From a bacterium (GTDB taxonomy: Bacteria; UBA8248): DNA of 64,000 nucleotides. The notes under the pieces were generated by a model, which ran no database searches, had not been told where the DNA came from, and was given only the letters and a program-made list of their open reading frames with translations. Of this stretch, positions 58,593 to 64,000 are shown piece by piece (position 1 is the stretch's first letter; every line of letters starts with the position of its first letter). A program made the translations under genes and the position numbers. The stretch lies in contig OY843592.1 in the NCBI GenBank assembly GCA_963692865.2, positions 2,592,001-2,656,000 on the forward strand, in the 5' to 3' direction.

Positions 58593-60728
58593 TCAAGTCA
58601 CGGGCGCATAGAATTGCTTCCATTCCTCGGGCAACTCTTCTTCCGTCACATCCTTCATGGAGAGACGAATTCTCCCATTTCCTTCCACTTCTATGCATTT
58701 CACCAAAACCTTCTGGCCTTCTTTCAAGACATCACTCACTGAGCCGATTCTCTTCTTCGCAATCATGCTGATGTGGCAAAGGCCATCCGTGCCCGGGAAT
58801 ATTTCGACGAATGCCCCAAAATCCATGATTTTCCTGACAGTGCCATAGTAAATCGTGCCCTTCTCGGCTTCCTGCGTCAGTTCACGAATAATCTCTATCG
58901 CCCTAAGAGCAGCCGCCTCATCCGTGGATGAGATGAAGATGGTTCCGTCATCCTCAATGTCTACATCGGCTCCCGTCTCCTCGACAATTCCGCGAATCAC
59001 TTTCCCGCCAGGTCCAATTACATCCCTCACGCGGTCCTTGGAAACCTGCATCGTCATAATCCTCGGCGCGTAGGGGGAAATCTCTTCACTTGGCTGGGAA
59101 ATAACCTTGTCCATTTGATCCAGGACATGCATCCTCGCATCGTTCGCCTGCGCCAAAGCATCTCTTACAAGGCTCAATTGCAATCCTTTGATCTTGATAT
59201 CCATTTGAAGAGCAGTAATGCCATGACGCGTGCCACCCACCTTGAAGTCCATATCCCCTAAATGATCTTCCAACCCAAGGATATCCGTAAGTATTGCCGT
59301 TCTTCCTGTGGATTCTTCACTGATCAATCCCATGGCGATACCGGCCACCGGAGATGTTATCGGTACGCCCGCACTCATCAAGGCCAGACTGGCGCCGCAA
59401 ATGCTCGCCATGGATGAGCTGCCATTGCTCTCCGTGATATCGGACACCACGCGGATGGTATAGGGGAAATCTTCCTGCTCAGGCAATATCGCCTGCACGG
59501 CGCGAGAAGCCAGCGCACCATGGCCAATTTCACGACGGCCAGGACCGCGGTTCGGCTTCGCTTCACCAACACTAAACCCAGGAAAATTATAATGCAGCAG
59601 AAAAGTCCTGTCGGCCTTGCCGTCCAGCGTGTCTATCAATTGCGCTTCGGAGGCCGTACCGAGCGTCACAGTCACCAACGCCTGGGTCTCGCCCCGCGTG
59701 AACAGTGCGCTGCCATGGGGTCTGGCAAGGGGGGACATTCTGATGGTAATCGGCCTGACTTCACGAAGCCCCCGCCCATCCGAGCGCCTCCCTTCGTCTA
59801 AAATCAAACCGCGGAAAATCTCTTTTTCGATTTTGCCAAAATAATCAGAGACAGTTCCTCTGTCGGGAGACCCCTCTTCGTCTGTACAAAGAGAATCGAC
59901 CGCAACGGCTTTCGCCTCGTCAATTGCGTTATACTGCCCTGCTTTGTCGTGAATCTCGGCAGCCGCTTGTAGTTTCGGAACAACAATTTCACGAACCTTC
60001 CCCATGAGTTCCGCACCTTCTTCCTCAGGCTCGACTGCGCGTTTTGTTTTTCCGCATTCAGTCCTGAGTTCATCCTGCAAAGCGCACAACTCTTTAATGA
60101 CAGAATGGCCTTTTTCAAACGCTTCCATGTATACGTCTTCGGAAACTTCAAAACTACCGGCTTCCACCATGACTATTGCGTCTGATGTTCCGGCCATCAC
60201 GCAATTCAGGTCGCTGTCGATCTGCTGTTCGACTGTCGGGTTGACGACAATTTCGCCATCAATCCGTCCAACGCGCACGGCACCGATTGGGCCGGCGAAA
60301 GGGATATCCGAAATATGGAGAGCTGCGGAGGTGCCGTTGATCGCCAAAATATCGGAATCATTCAGCTTATCGTAAGACATCACCATGACCTGAATCATGG
60401 TCTCACAACGAAATTCTTTCGGGAAAAGAGGACGGATGGGCCTATCGATTAAACGACAAGTTAATGTTTCCCTCTCTCCAGGTTTTGCCTCGCGCCTAAA
60501 AAAGTTGCCGGGAATAATGCCCGCGGCGTAGAAAAATTCTCGATAATCAACAGTAAGTGGGAAAAAGTCCACTCCCTCACGAGGAGAATGCGAGGCGCAA
60601 GCCGTACACAGTACGCTGGTTTCACCATAATGCATCATTACGGCGCCACCGGCTTGCTTGGCTATCTCACCTGTTTCAAAAGCAAGTGTATAACCGTTGA
60701 TAGATGTGTCTTTGCGATACGGTGGCAT
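58593..60728 (-). CDS. pnp: Polyribonucleotide nucleotidyltransferase
   Basis: FFPLTVDYRE, RLIDRPIRPLF, RREIGHG, SNGSSSMAS, GDMDFKV, KH and S1 domains. Confidence 0.97.
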   Translation of the reverse strand: MPPYRKDTSINGYTLAFETGEIAKQAGGAVMMHYGETSVLCTACASHSPREGVDFFPLTVDYREFFYAAGIIPGNFFRREAKPGERETLTCRLIDRPIRPLFPKEFRCETMIQVMVMSYDKLNDSDILAINGTSAALHISDIPFAGPIGAVRVGRIDGEIVVNPTVEQQIDSDLNCVMAGTSDAIVMVEAGSFEVSEDVYMEAFEKGHSVIKELCALQDELRTECGKTKRAVEPEEEGAELMGKVREIVVPKLQAAAEIHDKAGQYNAIDEAKAVAVDSLCTDEEGSPDRGTVSDYFGKIEKEIFRGLILDEGRRSDGRGLREVRPITIRMSPLARPHGSALFTRGETQALVTVTLGTASEAQLIDTLDGKADRTFLLHYNFPGFSVGEAKPNRGPGRREIGHGALASRAVQAILPEQEDFPYTIRVVSDITESNGSSSMASICGASLALMSAGVPITSPVAGIAMGLISEESTGRTAILTDILGLEDHLGDMDFKVGGTRHGITALQMDIKIKGLQLSLVRDALAQANDARMHVLDQMDKVISQPSEEISPYAPRIMTMQVSKDRVRDVIGPGGKVIRGIVEETGADVDIEDDGTIFISSTDEAAALRAIEIIRELTQEAEKGTIYYGTVRKIMDFGAFVEIFPGTDGLCHISMIAKKRIGSVSDVLKEGQKVLVKCIEVEGNGRIRLSMKDVTEEELPEEWKQFYAPVT

Positions 60729-60760
60729 CAGATTGCTTCCCTCTGGGGCAAGACTTGCAT

Positions 60761-61030
60761 CTAGCGACGCAGGCCAAGGTCCTGGATGATCGTGCGGTAG
60801 CGGTTAATATCTTTCTCTTTCAAATAATCAAGGAGGCGACGCCGCTGACCCACGAGTTTCAAGAGGCCTCTTCGGGAGTGATGATCTTTCTTGTGGGTCT
60901 TAAAATGGTCTGTGAGGTAGGTAATACGCTCGGTTAGGATAGCTACCTGTACTTCTGGTGAGCCGGTATCGGTGTCATGCGTGCGAAATTTTTCGATAAC
61001 TTCCGATTTTCGCTCCTTTGCTAGGGGCAT
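60761..61030 (-). CDS. rpsO: 30S ribosomal protein S15
   Basis: [24 protein letters not shown]. Confidence 0.97.
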   Translation of the reverse strand: MPLAKERKSEVIEKFRTHDTDTGSPEVQVAILTERITYLTDHFKTHKKDHHSRRGLLKLVGQRRRLLDYLKEKDINRYRTIIQDLGLRR

Positions 61031-61156
61031 TTCTTTCACTTCCTCCACTGCTTATTTGTTGCTTTCGACCCTAATAAATGCAACCTCATGAATAAACGGG
61101 CGGATTCTATATGACTTTGCGAGCAATGTAAATACGAAGCATGCCCTCTCCTAACG

Positions 61157-62086
61157 CTAGGTGGCAAATACTTTTTCAGGCGCCACAAATCCCTGGTTTC
61201 GTTTTCGTTTGTTTTGGTGAACCATTTTCCCAACTGCCAATAACTCTCCAGGTTCATTCAGCATACGGACACGAGTATCTGCCGGCAAATCAACAACTTG
61301 GCGAACATCTTCCAGCCTGACCAGAGCACCATTCAACACCCGCACCTCCGCTCTCGGATGCACATAGACGGCAGGCAGATGTGCGAGAGCATGCGCCGGA
61401 CTCACCAGAATGTCTTTAAGACGTTTGTCTTTCGAATGATGTTGGGCATCTTCGAGAGAAACGGAGTCCGCCAGATCAAACGGGCCCAAAGCAGTCCGGG
61501 TAAGCGCTTGTAAACACCCGCCGGACCCCTGGTTGGCGCCAATATCATGACAAATAGAGCGGATATATGTTCCCCGAGAACATGTGACGTCAAAGGTAAG
61601 TTGAGGCCCATCTATTCTGATTGCTTTTATCCGAAATACCTCTATAGGCCGCTTCTCTCTTTCAATTTCCTTGCCAGACCGCGCCAATTCGTGCAGGCGC
61701 TTTCCGTTGGCCTTCAAAGCAGAATACATCGGTGGCATCTGTTTCGTCTTGCCCAGCATAGCGCTCAGAAGCTCTTGGGCTCGGGAAAGCGTAATGTCCC
61801 CTGGCTCAGATTCGGCCAACAATTTCCCCGTGACATCCTGGGTGTCCGTCACTCGTCCAAACAACATGACAGCTCGATACGTTTTCCGGCACGCCAGCAA
61901 ATATGAGAACAATTTCGTTGAATTGCCAATACAAATCGGCAAAACTCCTTCAGCCATGGGGTCAAGTGTGCCTGCATGTCCCACTTTTGTTTTTCCGGGC
62001 AGGAGTTTTCTTACTTCATCAACCATATCGTGTGAGGTAGGTCCATGCTTTTTCTTAAGATTCAAGACACCCGAGAGTTCCAACAT
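61157..62086 (-). CDS. truB: tRNA pseudouridine(55) synthase
   Basis: KVGHAGTLDP, PPMYSALK, CSRGTYIRS. Confidence 0.95.
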   Translation of the reverse strand: MLELSGVLNLKKKHGPTSHDMVDEVRKLLPGKTKVGHAGTLDPMAEGVLPICIGNSTKLFSYLLACRKTYRAVMLFGRVTDTQDVTGKLLAESEPGDITLSRAQELLSAMLGKTKQMPPMYSALKANGKRLHELARSGKEIEREKRPIEVFRIKAIRIDGPQLTFDVTCSRGTYIRSICHDIGANQGSGGCLQALTRTALGPFDLADSVSLEDAQHHSKDKRLKDILVSPAHALAHLPAVYVHPRAEVRVLNGALVRLEDVRQVVDLPADTRVRMLNEPGELLAVGKMVHQNKRKRNQGFVAPEKVFAT

Positions 62087-62456
62087 CTGATCCTTTCTCG
62101 AACTTACTTTTCATATCGGATAACAAACGTTCGATTTCATCGCTGTATGCCAAACTGCGGTCGATGAAAAACTTCAATCTAGGCGTATTTTTCAATTGCA
62201 ACCGCTCGGCAAGTTTCCTCTGAAGGAATCCACCGGCTCTCTCAAGTCCCTTGAAACTCTCTTCAGTCTCTTCAACATTCCCCTGGTTTTCACCGTAACG
62301 GCTAAAGTAGACCTTCGCAACTCTCAAATCCCGGGACACTTCTACCCGGGTGATCACAACACGTCGCAAACGTGGATCCTTCATATCCTTCATCACCATA
62401 TTCGCGAGTTCGGATTGTATGAGTTCCGCTACGCGCAGCATGCGAGAATCGTTCAT
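62055..62456 (-). CDS. rbfA: Ribosome-binding factor A
   Basis: KDPRL, VEVSRDLRVAKVY, TPRLKF. Confidence 0.93.
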   Translation of the reverse strand: MNDSRMLRVAELIQSELANMVMKDMKDPRLRRVVITRVEVSRDLRVAKVYFSRYGENQGNVEETEESFKGLERAGGFLQRKLAERLQLKNTPRLKFFIDRSLAYSDEIERLLSDMKSKFEKGSDVGTLGCLES

Positions 62457-62480
62457 CTTTTCAATTTCTCTCGATGGATT

Positions 62481-62765
62481 TCAAAAAATCTCAATATCAA
62501 AATCCGCCACAATCACCAAGCCAGTTCCCTCAAGGAAATTCAGGACTTTTCTCAACTGGCTATCTACAAATCGACCGTCATTGCTTACGACACTTACGCC
62601 GATACGACATCTCTGCCATTTGTCCTGAAAATCGACCTCAGCGACAGATACATTAAACCTTTGACGCAGGCGTGCCGTGATCGACTGAACTATCTTACGC
62701 TTTGCTTTGAGCGAACGGCATTCAGGTATCTGAACATCTATTTTCAGAAGACCAACAACAGGCAT
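62481..62765 (-). CDS. DUF503 (YlxP-like) protein
   Basis: SLKAKR, FNVSVAEV...DKWQ; conserved position between infB and rbfA. Confidence 0.88.
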   Translation of the reverse strand: MPVVGLLKIDVQIPECRSLKAKRKIVQSITARLRQRFNVSVAEVDFQDKWQRCRIGVSVVSNDGRFVDSQLRKVLNFLEGTGLVIVADFDIEIF

Positions 62766-62802
62766 GGGATAAAGATTTCAAAAAAAGTCCGAATAAATCA
62801 AC

Positions 62803-64000
62803 CTAAAGCGTCCGAGATACTTCTTCCGTAATATACGGCTCTATAATATCGCCTTGCTTGATGTCATTATAATTCTCAATTCCAATTCCACACTCATAAC
62901 CAGATTGGACTTCGCTCACATCATCTTTGAACCGTCTCAAAGATGAAATTTTGCCCGTATATATAACCACATTATCCCGGATGAGCCGCACACTCGAGTT
63001 TCTATGGATGTTTCCGTCTGTGACATAACAACCGGCTATCGTTCCTACATTGGGAACATGGAACAGTTCCCGGATCTCCGCGTGCCCACGCACCACTTCC
63101 CGCTCAACGGGTTCAAGTATTCCCTCGAGAGCTGATCTAATTTCATCAATAGCATCATAAATAACAGAATATAATCGAACATCTACTTTTTCATGTTTCG
63201 CTACTTCTCTAGCTCCTGGCGTTGGACGAACATTAAAACCCACGATAACGGCCGCCGAGGCCGCCGCGAGCATTACATCCGTTTCAGTAATGCCACCCAC
63301 CGCACTATGCAGAACCTTCACTCCCGCCTCATCATTCCCTAGCTTGCCCAAGGATTCTTTCAGGGCCTCTATGCTTCCCTGCACGTCTGCCTTTAAGATT
63401 AAGCTCAACTCTTTTGCTTGGCCTTCCTCAACACTTTCCATGAAACTTTCCAAAGAAACACGCGCAGAAGCCATAAGCACCGCCATACGTTCACGTTGTT
63501 GGCGCCTTGCGCTTATTTCTCTCGCCATCTTCTCATCTTCTAAAACCGTAAATGTATCACCAGCCTCAGGAACACCTGCGAATCCCAAAATTTCTACCGG
63601 TGTGGAAGGTCCTGCGACCTTCAATTTACGCCCTTGGTCATCTAATAGCGCGCGAACTTTCCCGCTCCATTTACCGGCCACGAAATTATCGCTCACATTC
63701 AAAGTACCTCGTTGCACCAAAACAGTAGCAACCGGACCGCGCCCCCTATCCAATTTCGCTTCCACGACAACACCACCGGCGAGCCGGCTGGGGTTAGCCT
63801 TCAACTCCATGAGTTCCGCCTGCAGGATGGCAAGGTCTAAAAGATCATCAATTCCGATATTCTCTTTTGCTGAAATTTCAGAATAAACCGTACTTCCCCC
63901 CCAATCTTCCGGAATTAAATCCAATGTCGAGAGTTGTTGTTTTACTCTGTCGGGATTCGCATCGGCCAAATCCATTTTATTCATAGCCACCATAATCGGA
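62803..64000 (-). CDS. infB: Translation initiation factor IF-2, C-terminal part
   Basis: NKMD, SAK, KADVQGSIEAL, SLRRFKDDV...ECGI. Confidence 0.96.
   Translation of the reverse strand, partial: PIMVAMNKMDLADANPDRVKQQLSTLDLIPEDWGGSTVYSEISAKENIGIDDLLDLAILQAELMELKANPSRLAGGVVVEAKLDRGRGPVATVLVQRGTLNVSDNFVAGKWSGKVRALLDDQGRKLKVAGPSTPVEILGFAGVPEAGDTFTVLEDEKMAREISARRQQRERMAVLMASARVSLESFMESVEEGQAKELSLILKADVQGSIEALKESLGKLGNDEAGVKVLHSAVGGITETDVMLAAASAAVIVGFNVRPTPGAREVAKHEKVDVRLYSVIYDAIDEIRSALEGILEPVEREVVRGHAEIRELFHVPNVGTIAGCYVTDGNIHRNSSVRLIRDNVVIYTGKISSLRRFKDDVSEVQSGYECGIGIENYNDIKQGDIIEPYITEEVSRTL

Overview
Bacterial chromosomal window. The gene order looks deltaproteobacterium/Nitrospinota-like, which is an inference only. 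Positions 1-30 kb hold a mostly minus-strand housekeeping block: 7TM-HD phosphohydrolase, phoH, xerD, murJ, rpsT, holA, lptE, nusB, the rib genes, ppdK, glyQS, lysC, an apgM-like gene, hom, alaC, lipA, argS, recO, rpsU, era and aspS. Positions 30-58 kb are an accessory-rich zone: MFS transporter, aldo/keto reductase, comEC, a ThDP enzyme, a sirtuin, hisS, two toxin-antitoxin loci, a small GIY-YIG nuclease, amidohydrolases, ada and a bicupin. Positions 58-64 kb hold the visibly lower-GC pnp-rpsO-truB-rbfA-infB block. The most striking signal is non-coding. Intergenic gaps between 32 and 53 kb are filled with at least four families of REP-like palindromes. Many of these sit inside short transposase-less elements bounded by GGGGCTGTTGAAAA-type terminal inverted repeats (TIRs). 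Three such elements have 5-bp target-site duplications (GAACC, GACAA, GAGAA), and one has its empty target site preserved elsewhere in the window. Other notable items are a DsbA-like selenoprotein missed by the ORF track (UxxC motif plus a SECIS-like hairpin), a 69-bp direct repeat bracketing a TA islet, and three apparently catalytically degenerate enzyme domains. No tRNA, rRNA, CRISPR array or transposase was recognised.
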